From Octopus bimaculoides (taxonomy: Eukaryota): 36,893 nucleotides of DNA. Shown piece after piece: positions 1 to 10,523 of this stretch (positions are counted from its first letter, which is position 1; each line of letters begins with the position of its first letter). The notes beneath the pieces are model-generated. The model did not search any database and had not been told where the DNA came from. It saw nothing but the letters and a program-made list of their open reading frames with translations. The position numbers and the translations under genes are program-made. The stretch spans positions 23,685,143 to 23,722,035 of the forward strand of contig NC_069001.1 in assembly GCF_001194135.2 (NCBI RefSeq), written 5' to 3'.

Positions 1-32
1 TTTTTATGTGATTTCGTGTGTTGAAGCATATT

Positions 33-223
33 CTGTTGTCTGGGGAGAGTCATTTTCTTATTGTGCCTTGAAATTTAACACACTCACCATTAAAATTTCC
101 ACTTATTTCTTATTTTTAGTTTTTATTTAGGAAAATAAAAATAAGAAATAGGTGGAAATTTTACTGGTGAGTGTGTAAAATTTCAAGGCACAATAAGAAA
201 ATGACTCTCTCCAGACACAACAG
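33..223. repeat. Fold-back palindromic element abutting (TA)n
   Basis: Arm 33-118 is the reverse complement of arm 136-223, with 4 mismatches and one 2-nt indel by eye. (TA)n starts at 224. Confidence 0.9.
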
Positions 224-255
<32 letters not shown>

Positions 256-282
256 TACACACACACACACACACACACACAT
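224..282. repeat. (TA)n/(CA)n microsatellite
   Basis: Direct reading. It generates the spurious ORFs at 127-379. Confidence 0.95.
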
Positions 283-842
283 ATTTACATGTACACACAT
301 ACACACAGAGCTCATCCTCATCTTCATTGCCATCATCTTTTGTTAATATCTTTCTTTTATGCTGAAATGGGTTGAACAATTGAACAGAAGCCAGCAGTAG
401 GCTGGAGGAATCTTATTGTGAAGTCAAAATCTCTTGCCTTTCTTATAGCCAACTACTTACTTTATAGAATGAACTGGGTGCTTTTTTTTTTATCCTGGTA
501 CCAGAATTAAAGACTAAGATCCCCATTGATAAAGTAGGACTACAATGAAGAAGGCTGTAACTTTATGCTAGGAAATGAAAGATTAGGGTAGGAAGGGTTA
601 AAAAAGTTTGAGTTGAAGAAAGGGGTCAGAACAGGTTTCTTTGCTGCAGAAGAGATATATAGCTGCTCAGATTAAGGAACTGTAGGTGGAAGTAATTGTT
701 ATGGGGTTTCTGACATGGCAATAAGTGTAACCCTTTCACATTCACATTACTCTCTCTCAAATTTGAATGCTTGTTTCTTTATATTCTTTCATTGCTTTAT
801 TCTTCTATTTGTCTCAGTAATTTGACTGTGGCCATGCTGGAG

Positions 843-978
843 CATATCAAATTTGCAATATAGTTATACTATAGTTCATTGATGAGGTCTAATAATATTG
901 AAACATGTCTGAAATTGTCTCTGTAAGGATAAGATTAGAAATTCAATCGACATTCCATATCAAATTAATAAAAGCTAA
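843..978 (+). mobile_element. ~125-135 bp dispersed repeat, probably a PLE terminal (pLTR) fragment, carrying a hammerhead motif (copy 1)
   Basis: Highly similar to 6625-6753. catatcaaatt is repeated at 843-853 and 956-966. Confidence 0.75.
875..913 (+). ncRNA. Minimal type I hammerhead ribozyme motif with a C3-to-U change
   Basis: ttca-TTGATGA-ggtctaataatatt-GAAA-catgt-C-tgaa. Helix I is ttca/tgaa, helix III is the palindrome ACATGT, and the cleavage triplet is GUC. Confidence 0.75.
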
Positions 979-1103
979 TTCTTTGTAAGCCTAGTACTTA
1001 TTCGATTGGTCTCTTTTGCTGAACTGCTAAGTAACGGAAACAGAAACACACCAACATCGGCTGTCAAGATATGGTGGGGTTACAAACACAGACAGACACA
1101 CAA

Positions 1104-1140
<37 letters not shown>

Positions 1141-1487
1141 TATAACAGACTTTCAGTTTCCATCTACCAAATCCATTCACAAGGCTTTGGTCAGCTCAAG
1201 ACTATAGCAGAAGACACTTGCCAAAGTTGCCACACAGTGGAACTGAACCGAGAACCATGTGGTTGATAAACAAACCATGCATTATCTTATAGCTTCAAGA
1301 TTTTGATAAGGGGTTTGTTTATTTTTAGAAACAGCAGAAATCCATTTTATTTGTGTGTGTGTGTGTGTGTATACATATATGCATGCATGTATTTCCATGT
1401 TAGTCCTCATGTTTACCACCACCTGAAAAAGTCCTCCATGTTGATGTTCTGTCACTTAACGCTTCAATAAAATGCATACCAAAACAG

Positions 1488-1623
1488 ACATTGGAGCACG
1501 GTGCTGTCCTTCGACTTATCGGATCCCGTGAATCTGTCCAATCCATGCCAGTATGGAACACGGACGTTAAATGATGACAACAACAGTAACAATGATAAAC
1601 TTGATGATTATGATGATGATGAT
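1488..1623 (+). mobile_element. Diverged RTE LINE 3' end with (GAT)n tail (family B)
   Basis: ccatgccagtatggaacacggacgttaaatgatga matches the other family B tails. Confidence 0.7.
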
Positions 1624-2564
1624 AAACACTGCATCAATACACTCAGCAAAAATCCTTGAAGGTAGTGCTCCAGCTGAAGCACAGTCTAATGAGTGAATAT
1701 ATATGTATATATACAAATACTGAAGCATAAATGTTCATATATATATATATATACTGTCATCTCACTCACACACACAAACACGCAGATGTTATTATAATGT
1801 CATAAATGTTGAAGTAGATAAACATCCTCTCAATTACAAATTCCATTACTTGTTGTTGTGTAGCTTCATCATTTTCCATTAGTTGTGTGTGTTTGGGTGT
1901 GCGTGTGTGTACACATGTCCCTGTTGTATGTATTTGCCTATGTGCATATGAGTATATATCTGTGTTTGTATGAGGTTCAAGAAGTACATGTGACCAAGTG
2001 GTTGAAAATATTACTTTATAATCACGAGGTCCTGACTTCAACTTCATTATGATATATCTTCAGTGTCATCCACCAAATCTCCAGGTTATTATAAGCCTCT
2101 TGAATAAAACTAGGAAAATGGAACTGTGACTAAATCTATTGGATTAACTCCACTGGTAATTTAAGGGGGCGGTTTTATCATATTCCCTGTCATGCAGAAG
2201 CTGCTTGAAGATTACATTAAGAGCAGAATACTCTTAATGGAATACTCAGCTACATAGACTATAATTTAATGAAAAAACCCATTCAGTTGATTCAGCGCTA
2301 GAAACTCTCAGAGGGTTTATTTCTATTATAATTTCTGTATGTCAATATATATATAAATAAATTAGAATAGAGATAAATAAATTAGAAATGAATTACAACC
2401 CTATAACCTCACTATGCTCCATGCGATTCTAAGAAATTGTAGTCTGTCCTTAGCCACTTTACTACAATAGCGACAATATGAATTTCTTCCATCTTCTTAC
2501 TGTGTTAAAATATTTAAGGAAAATTATATTAATGTGTTCTACTTGTTAAAAAATTCTATACTTT

Positions 2565-2652
2565 GTGCAGCTGAAGATAGCACTGCCTTTAAATTGATGT
2601 GATGATTGCACTGTTTGATTAAATGGAGCCACTTGAAACGGTCATACTGCAT
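2565..2652 (+). ncRNA. Hammerhead-like motif with a 57-nt helix II insertion
   Basis: gtgcag-CTGAAGA (2571-2577), 57 nt, GAAA (2635-2638), cggtcaT-A, ctgcat. Helix I has 6 bp. Helix III carries one mismatch, consistent with CpG decay. The base of helix II pairs poorly. Confidence 0.5.
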
Positions 2653-2683
2653 TACTACTTGATATCCTGTTACTTATTTTGCT

Positions 2684-2714
<31 letters not shown>

Positions 2715-2870
2715 GAGAGTATTGTAGTACGCTTGAAGCATTGTGTAGTATTTGTAAAGATTAAAAAGTTTTGAATGGTACAACAATACACTATAATACA
2801 AAAGATGGACTATATACCTGTTTTAATTTAGTTATCCATAGTCTGATGATATTTCAGAATACAATTCCTT

Positions 2871-3460
2871 CAATAAATTAAAAAGGGTGGCTTATTAGCA
2901 ATTAGTATCGAAAAGCAAAATTAATAGAGGTCACAACAGTGACAGATGGTTCTGGCTATCACTGCTTTTGCTAAAAATAAGAGCTAAAACAGCGCAATAA
3001 GCCAGAAAAGCACTAAACTTAATGATTGACAAAGGGAGGTAAATCCCCAGTGTGCATAGACGGATCACAATTTAGGATTTTGATGTAGACCATCTTGATC
3101 CACATCAGTGACCCTTAATGCCCTAGGGTTAAACTCAACTACCTCTGTCAGTTTTATAAGAAAACCGTTGAAAACGTGCTGATTTTCATAATGGTGAAAG
3201 TGTAAACAATAAATTGAAAAAGATGACTTATTAGCAATTAAAACCTAAAAGCAAAATTAATAGAGGTCAGAAAAATGACAGATGATGAGGATTAAGATGG
3301 TCTCCATCAAAATCTGAAATCGCTATCCGACTATGTATGCAGGGGACTTACCTCCCTTTGTTAGTCATTAAGTTCAGTGCTTTTGTGGCTTTTTGAGTTG
3401 TTTTAACTCTTATTTTTAGCAAAAGTGGTGCTAGTCAGTACCATTTGTCACTTTTGTGAC
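2871..3460. repeat. Long-arm fold-back element with an internal direct repeat
   Basis: Inverted arms 2930-3101 and 3289-3460 (172 bp each, ungapped, about 84% identical by eye). A 78-bp direct repeat lies at 2871-2948 and 3207-3284. Confidence 0.9.
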
Positions 3461-3667
3461 TTTTATAAATATACATGTATGCACACACACATACATATAA
3501 ACTGTTTGTAGTACTTAAAGACATATATATTGTCTCCTTTAAATAAATAATGTCTCTCACCAAATGGAATACTTTTTTTGTTGATCTTTCTATCAAGGAT
3601 CAGTACATTATATGCATATATACATATATAGACATTTATGTACCTTTACTTCATTGGACACTTCAAT

Positions 3668-3799
3668 GACTGGCACCCAGCTGTAGAAACTCTGCCAGAT
3701 CAGATTGAAGCCTGGTGCAGCCATCTGTTTCGCCAGTCCTTAGTCAAATCATCCAACCCATGCTAGCATGGAAAGCAGATGTTAAACGATGATGATGAT
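3668..3799 (+). mobile_element. RTE LINE 3' end with (GAT)n tail (family B)
   Basis: ccagctgtagaaactctgccagatcagattg...gttaaacgatgatgatgat, close to the copy at 26893-27086. Confidence 0.85.
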
Positions 3800-3927
3800 A
3801 GACACACAAATGCATACATATATATTCATATACATATATATACACACACACATATAATGCAAATACCTCATCCCCACCCTATCAAATTCACACATGCTTA
3901 TTTTCAGATTCATTTTCTTACAATTAT

Positions 3928-4128
3928 GAGCTGGGAGACTCGTTATCCCATCAGGCAAAATGCTTAGCAGCTTTTCATTTGCATTTACATTCTGAGTTCA
4001 CATTCTGCCAAGGCCAACTTTGTCTTTCATCCTTTCAGGGGGATAAAATAAGCTGAGCACTGGGGTCGATATAACTGATTTACCTCAACCCCCGAAACTC
4101 CAGGCCGTGTGCCAAATTTTGAAACCAA
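3928..4128 (+). mobile_element. SINE family C (tRNA-derived, Meta-domain-like centre)
   Basis: gagctgg...tgagttc...ctttgtctttcatcctttcagggggataaaataag...ggccgtgtgccaaattttgaaacc, shared with about 9 other copies. Confidence 0.8.
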
Positions 4129-4139
4129 CTAAGTTTGCC

Positions 4140-4310
4140 TTAAATTACATCTAGCAATCTTTAAAAAGGGAAGGATATATTTAAGATAATGTAGTTCTCA
4201 GTATATTATGCTTCAGAATTGGATGGTGATCATGGGTGAAATCTTTTCACCATAGTTCTCTCTTCTTATTTATGGCTGGTCCAGGATTAAATAGCAAAAT
4301 TTTTTCTCTA
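4140..4310. repeat. Dispersed repeat family F, diverged copy
   Basis: Similar to 5672-5880, 8880-9020, 21020-21180 and 21845-21925, with the motif gattt(g/a)gctgctatttcta or its complement and a (CAA/TTG)-like end. Confidence 0.45.
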
Positions 4311-4336
4311 AATAACATTAGCAGAAACACATATGT

Positions 4337-5266
4337 CATCATCAATCAATCATCATTATCATCACTGCTTTCATCATCGTCATTGTTATCGTCAATGTCA
4401 TCATAATTATCATCATTTTACATCTGCATTCCTACTCTCATTCTGAATCAGCTCTTATTTGAAGTTACTATTGCCCTAGACTGGTTGGTGAATCACTGCT
4501 TGCTGGAAGTTTCATTTTTCACATGGCTAGATGTCCTTCATAAAACTATCCACTTTACTGACTGTAATGCTTTATTATGACATCAGCCCTTGAGAGGTTG
4601 CTATGACCTTCAAACTAACAAGCTCTTCTGAATCTATGTTGCTATTTCTTGCTAGCCAACCAGCTTACAGCATATTCTTGAGGCATTTTATCATCACAAC
4701 AACAAATGAATTTTTTCATCATAAATCCCCTGCATTCAAAGTCCATATTTCATTACCATGTAACATTGTACTTTATACACAAACCTCTTATAATTTGCCC
4801 TTCACTTTGGGGTATAAAACCTTTGTTACCAACATAACTTTTTCCATCACATTCTTTCTCTAGTTCCTATGCTTTCAGTGCAAGGAACTAGAGATGTCTT
4901 GCCTATGAGGTTACTTAAATAATGAAAAATGCAGTCAATTACTTCTACTGAGATTTTCCAAGAATTGAAGAAGTTTATTTCGCATGTATTTTTTCTAGTA
5001 ACTACTTTTGTGCATTTGCTGCATAGAAAATCTAGTGTCTTTGTCAGCCTGCCTGTAATCCTATTATTTCTCTTGTGCTCCCATTTTTTCACACATGGTA
5101 TAACAATAAAGAATTTCTAACTTCTTCTTGGGTGAGCTCATTTCCTTTATGGAAGCAAGGTCCTAACTTCTTTCTCGTGTTTTAATCATTCAAAGTTTAC
5201 TTTTGACTTCTCAATTCTTTATTTTGCATCCATGTCTGTAATTTCTTCTCTAAACCATCTTCAGTA
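4337..5266 (-). mobile_element. Decayed RTE-clade LINE: RT C-terminal half plus 3' end and (GAT)n-like tail
   Basis: Frame-broken peptides LEKKLQTWMQN, WEHKRNNRITGRLTKTLDFLCSKC, VEVIDCIFHYLSNLI, CTESIGTRERM*WKK and VKGKL*EVCV*STMLHGNEIWTLNA match RTE RT motifs (YLG, WKK, MLHGSETW types). The tail at 4337-4430 resembles family B. Confidence 0.85.
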
Positions 5267-5272
5267 ATTATT

Positions 5273-5450
5273 TTTTAAGCTTGGTATCTATCGGTCACTG
5301 TTACTGAACTGCTCAGTTACAGGAACATAAACACACTATCACAAGTTGTCAAGCTGTGATAGGGGACAAACACAAACACAAAGGCACATATATAGATATA
5401 GAGATACACATATACGATGGGTGTCTTTCAGTTTCCATCTACCAAATCCA
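5273..5450 (-). mobile_element. SINE family A, partial
   Basis: ctgaactgctcagttacagg...ggggacaaacac...tctttcagtttccatctaccaaatcca. Confidence 0.8.
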
Positions 5451-5671
5451 GCATAGAGAAGTTCCCACAGACAGTTTTAAACTTTCTGTTAATGTTCTGT
5501 AGAATCATAATTATGTAATCCTGGACCAATCATAAATAAGAAGAGAGAACTATGGCAAAAGAGTTGGGCTGGAAAGGAGGGCTTAGCCATGATGAACACT
5601 CCCCAGCACCATCTTGCTAAATTCATTTGCTGAATTAATTAGTTTCAGTTTATTTTGCTTTAGATAAAGTA

Positions 5672-5880
5672 TTGTTATTGTTGTTGCTTAGCCCCATATC
5701 AGTCCTAAGAATGCAGCTGTATGATCAAATGTGTTCCAGCTAGGGTCTTCTTACATTATTTCAAACACAATAGACCAAGGACTAAAATACCCTTTTTTTA
5801 AAAAAAAAAGAATAAGGTGTGATATGAGAAAGAAAGATTTAGCTGCTATTTCTAAGAACATGGGCAACCAAGTATGGAGG
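5672..5880. repeat. Dispersed repeat family F
   Basis: (TTG)n followed by ...tatgatcaaatgtgttccagc...gatttagctgctatttcta. Confidence 0.6.
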
Positions 5881-5967
5881 GTCAATTCATTCAACTAAAA
5901 TTTCTTCAAGGTGGTGCCCCAGTATGGCCACAGGTTAATGGCTGAAACAAGTAAAAGATAAAAGATT
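5881..5967 (+). mobile_element. SINE family A 3' tail fragment
   Basis: ttcaaggtggtgccccagtatggccacag...gaaacaagtaaaagataaaag. Confidence 0.75.
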
Positions 5968-6303
5968 TTAACAGTCTTTAATTTCCAATCAAGCTTGGAC
6001 CAACTGTACCATTCTAATTATAATCTGTTCTGCAAAGTTGCCAGAAACATCCACAATAAAAAATTAAATTTTAAAGCATTTCTTTTTGACTGTTTGATTA
6101 ATGTAAATGTTGGTAGATGGCAATCAATTTTTCATAATGAATTTTGTAGTTAAGAAGTTTGCTTCCAAACCACACAGAGTTTTGGGTCGTATCCCATACT
6201 GTAACACTCAAAGGATGAGAAAATTTCATAGCAACTTACATTAAGTATTTTGGTGTTCACTTTGCTGTGAAGTTTTCATGTAATAGACATCACTGGGAAT
6301 CTT

Positions 6304-6560
6304 CATCATCATCATCATTTAACGCCCATCTTCCATGCTTGCATAGGTTGTATGGCTTGGAACCTAGTGCAAAACCAGGAGCTGCACCAGGTTCCATAGT
6401 CTGTTTTGGCTTGGTTTCTACAACTGGATGCCCTTCCTAATGCCCACCACTTTACAAAGTGTACTGAGTGCTTTTTGCATGGCACCATCACCAGTGCATT
6501 TTAAATAGCACCTTGATTTTACGACCTCTGTTCCTGTTGTGGTGGGTAAGTCCTCAGCAT
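6304..6560 (-). mobile_element. RTE LINE 3' end (family B)
   Basis: (CAT)n-tttaacgccc...ctggatgcccttcctaatgcccaccac. Confidence 0.8.
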
Positions 6561-6624
6561 TCTTTTAAATATTAACTCTACCCACTGTAAATTCACAAAG
6601 ATCCATGTTTCTTGAGTTACCTCA

Positions 6625-6753
6625 TATTTTCAATATAGTTAGACTACAGTTCACTGATGAGGTTTAATAATATTGAAACATGTCTGAAGTTGTCTCTGTA
6701 AGAATAAAGATTAGAAACTCACTCGACATTCCATATCAAATTAATAAAAGCTA
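6625..6753 (+). mobile_element. HHR-bearing dispersed repeat, probably a PLE terminal fragment (copy 2)
   Basis: Paralogue of 850-978. Confidence 0.75.
6650..6688 (+). ncRNA. Minimal type I hammerhead ribozyme with an intact core
   Basis: ttca-CTGATGA (6654-6660)-ggtttaataatatt-GAAA (6675-6678)-catgt-C (6684)-tgaa. All conserved core bases are present, helix III is the palindrome ACATGT, and helix II is weak (G-U pairs). Confidence 0.85.
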
Positions 6754-6999
6754 AAGTTGTCTCCTTTGCTTTCTTAACCAGAATTAGTCATTAAAATATT
6801 CTTCTCATTAGAAGCTTAACTTTAATTGATAAAATTCCATGTCTTGCTATACCAAATATGGTAACACCCTGGATTGACCAATATTTTGTGAATAAAATTA
6901 GGCAGATGGATTTAGTGTGGAAATTCCTCATGCACGCATGTATGTATGTTTGTATGTGTTTACATACATATGTGTACAAATCTGTGTGTGTGTGTGTGA

Positions 7000-7122
7000 G
7001 TTGACTTTGCCTTTCGTTCTTTAAGGTTGATAAAATAATTACCAGTTGAACATGGGTTACAATATAATCACCTCACTCTCACCCCTCAGAATTGTTGGCC
7101 TTATGCCAAATTTTGAAACCAA
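7000..7122 (+). mobile_element. SINE family C, 3' half
   Basis: gttgactttgcctttc...gataaaataattaccag...ggccttatgccaaattttgaaacc. Confidence 0.75.
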
Positions 7123-7440
7123 AACTTGCACAGGTCTAAATCTTCATGTTGTTTATGTTGTGTCAATTTTCACCCTGTAACATAGCAATACGATAAAGAC
7201 ACTTGTATAAATTATTTCCAGACTGAAATAAGTACTGCAGCCAATGTAATTTGGCAATGCCCCAGCATGGCCACTGTTCACTGGCTAAAACTAGTAAAAG
7301 AATAACGAAAGAATATAATTTTAGAATGAAAAATTCATTATTCATTACTGATATGTTGTAATGTGCAAGAGTTGGCAATGAGAAATATTCCTCTCTATTA
7401 TCTATCAAGCCATCACTCAAGATGTTGCTGTATGTGTGTA

Positions 7441-7700
7441 TCTTTATCATTTATCTTTCACTTGTTCGAGTCATTAGACTGGGGCCATGCTGGGGCACCA
7501 CCTGGAAGGACTTTAGTTCAACAAATTGGCCCCAGTACCATTTTCTTTAAAGCCTAGAACTTATTCTATTGATCTCTTTGCTGAACCGCTAAGTTACAGG
7601 GACATAAACACATCAACATAAATGATGGGTAACAGAAACTGACAAACACACACAGACACACACTGATATGTATGTATGTATATATATATATATATTTACA
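7441..7700 (-). mobile_element. SINE family A, tail and microsatellite
   Basis: cttgttcgagtcattagactggggccatgctggggcacc...gctaagttacaggg. Confidence 0.8.
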
Positions 7701-7722
7701 CACACACACACATATATATATA

Positions 7723-8193
7723 TTCTTTTTTATTCTTTTTACTTGTTTTAGTCTTTTGACTGTGGCCATGCTGGAGCACCGCCTTTAGTCGAGCAAATCG
7801 ACCCCAGGACTTATTCTTTAGAAGCCTAGTACTTATTCTATCGATCTGTATTGCCGAACCGCTAAGTTACGGGGACATAAACACACCAGCATCGGTTGTC
7901 AAGCGATGATAGGGGGGGACAAACACACACATACAAACATATACACACACATACATATATATATATACATATATANNNNNNNNNNNNNNNNNNNNNNNNN
8001 NNNNNNNNNNNNNNNNNNNNNNNNNNNNNNNNNNNNNNNNNNNNNNNNNNNNNNNNNNNNNNNNNNNNNNNNNNNNNNNATAAAATGGCCTTCTTTCAGT
8101 TTCCCTCTACCAAATCCACTCCCAAGGCTTTAGTAGAAGACACTGGGACTGAAACCAGAACCATCGGAAGCAAACTTCTTACTGCACAGCCAT
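7723..8193 (-). mobile_element. SINE family A spanning an assembly gap
   Basis: Near-consensus tail, then an N gap at 7976-8079 within the internal microsatellite, then a deleted head. Confidence 0.85.
7976..8079. other. Assembly gap (104 N); 10-N gaps also at 11703-11712, 28032-28041 and 36469-36478
   Basis: Direct reading. Confidence 0.98.
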
Positions 8194-8195
8194 GG

Positions 8196-8237
<42 letters not shown>

Positions 8238-8461
8238 TAGAGAGAAAGAGTTTTTGAAGTGATGTACAGATATTGTATATTTAGAATAATAAGGTAGTCA
8301 GAATGTTGGATGATTATATATGTATATTTTTATTTACATTTTATTTACATTTTCAGCGCTTTCTTCCATTATCGGATTTATCAAAAAGTGCTTTAAAGTT
8401 AGTTTTTTTTTTGGCCTTTTTAATCCCAGTTTTGTCCAGAGAAAACAGACCTATCTTCTAC

Positions 8462-8870
8462 CTTTTCTTTTACTTGTTTCAGTCATTTGACTGCTGCCAC
8501 GCTGGGGCACCACCTTGGAGAACTTTAGTTGAATGATTTGACCCCAGTCCTTTTTTTTTTAAGACTGGAACTTATTCTATCAATCTCTTTGGGTGAACTG
8601 CTAAGTTACAAGGACATAAACACACCCACACTGGTTGTCAAACGGTGGTGGAAGACAAACACAGACACAAAGACACACACATAGATATCTATAATATATA
8701 TACACAATGGGCTTCTTTCAGTTTCCATTTACCAAATTCACTCACAAGGCTTTGGTCAGCCCAGGGCTATAGTAGGAGACCGTTGCCCAAGGTACCATGC
8801 AGTGGGACTGAACCTGGAACCGTGTGGTTGGGAAGCAAGCTTCTTACCACACAGTTATGCCTGCACCTAT
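8462..8870 (-). mobile_element. SINE family A, full length
   Basis: Tail, microsatellite and head (...cttcttaccacacagttatgcctgcacctat) are all present. Confidence 0.9.
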
Positions 8871-9360
8871 TACATCAATTCATGACCAATGGTATTTCAG
8901 GTATTAACATCCTGTCTATTTTTAGACATATTATATCTAGAACCAAATTTCCCAGTATTTTATTTCTATAACAGGAGACATAATTTGATGCAGGATTTGG
9001 CTGCTATTTCTAACAGGTTTAATGTTTGTTGTAGCTTATTTGTTTACTAGTAATTTCTTACTGTTTGTGTTAGGCAGAATGACAACCCTTTATGGATATT
9101 AAATCATGTCACATAACCTCAGATATAAGAAACTGCTGAGTACATATTTCAGATAATTCTGTGTCTCTGTTGATGTTCAAGTCTTAAAAATTAGTGAAGC
9201 ACACTGGAAATATACATGAAATATCAAACATATTTTCCTCTCTATTTACACCTTGAACGTAATTCTTTTGTGAAGCATGAAGATGAATGGAGTCACAAAT
9301 TTGTTAACAGTTTGGTCTGTGTATGACAAGTAGTCAATGTTTGCAAAACTTTAATCTTTA

Positions 9361-9737
9361 ATCTTTTACTTCTTTCAGTCATTAGACTGCGACCATGCTG
9401 AAGCATCACCTTGAAGGTATTTTTTCATCAAACCAATCAACCTCAGTGCTTATTTTTTCTATTAAAACTTGGTGGTTATTCTATATGTCTCTAATGCCAA
9501 ACCATCAAATTACATGAATGTAAACAAACCAACACCTATTTTCAAGCAGCTGAGGATAACAAACACAGACTCACACACACAACAAACTTCTTTCAGTTTT
9601 TGTCAACCAAGTTCAAATCTTTAGTCATTCCAGAGCTATAATAGAAAATACTTGTGCACAGTGTCATGCAGTGGAACTGAACCTTGATTGATATAGCTGC
9701 CAAGCAAACTTCTTACCATATAGTCACACTTGTGACC
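9361..9737 (-). mobile_element. SINE family A, full length, diverged
   Basis: Same three-part structure with more substitutions. Confidence 0.75.
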
Positions 9738-10365
9738 ATTGAATAGTTCCTTTATTTTTCTCTGATACTTCTTGTATCAATGCACTGAATGCCAGCATCA
9801 AGTTGGTTCACAGTTACTTTGGCAAAGTGTATTTCTAATGATTAATAAAACGTTTTTATTGAGGGCCAGACAAAATCCCCTTGAACAAAACTTTCACTTT
9901 TGCGCAAAAATGTTTTGAAAAGAACTACTTTAAAAATATTCTTAGGAATTTTAATAAAATAAACTTATTAAAACTCCTCAAATCTTGTTAAATTTTTATA
10001 AAATTTTATTGAAACAAGACAAAATGAAAAAAAAGTAATTCAATAAGTTTTTCTTTCATAATATTCTTTAAAATATTTTAATATTTTTCCTTTAAAAAAA
10101 TCTTTTGTGCAAGTGTGAGGGTTTTTGTTTGTGGGAGGGGTTTTATCATGTGGGTGTTTTGTCACCTCTTCTGTTATAATATATAATGCAGGTATGACAG
10201 TATTCTGTGAAGTAACGTATTTAATTAAGATTTTATTCTAGACTTTGAACTACTTGATGGAGCAGTTTGTTGTTCCATTAAATGAAGTATCAATGAGTAT
10301 TTCTTACTTTTATGTGAGGCAATGTTGAAATAAATTAATAACAATAACAACCATCAACCCATAGG

Positions 10366-10367
<2 letters not shown>

Positions 10368-10421
<54 letters not shown>

Positions 10422-10523
10422 CATCATTATCATTATTATTATTTATTATTATTATTATTACTATCATCATCATCATTATTAGTATTACTACTGTTATTAT
10501 TATTTTTATTACTATTATTATTG
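10368..10523. repeat. (ATT)n/(ATC)n compound microsatellite
   Basis: Direct reading. Confidence 0.95.

Larger units (their letters stand above)
798..1268 (-). mobile_element. SINE family A (tRNA-like head, CORE-like segment, internal microsatellite, 3' tail), interrupted by an HHR-bearing insert at ~843-978
   Basis: Matches the near-consensus + copy at 24640-25080 in reverse. About 35 nt of the tail is replaced by the insert. Confidence 0.85.

Noticed and set aside
127-379. ORFs rich in YI, CV, HT or poly-His (also at 7896-8240, 23431-23907, 24610-24900, 26958-27280 and 35824-36485)
   Set aside because: These are translations of microsatellites and SINE bodies, with no domain, splice or codon evidence.
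2843-2935. CTGATGA...GAAA as another hammerhead
   Set aside because: Helix II does not close the core, and no helix III/NUH/helix I arrangement follows GAAA.
7441-9737. Regularly recurring SINE A tails resembling a repeat-spacer (CRISPR-like) array
   Set aside because: This is eukaryotic sequence with irregular spacing, long diverged units and no cas genes; these are ordinary SINE insertions.
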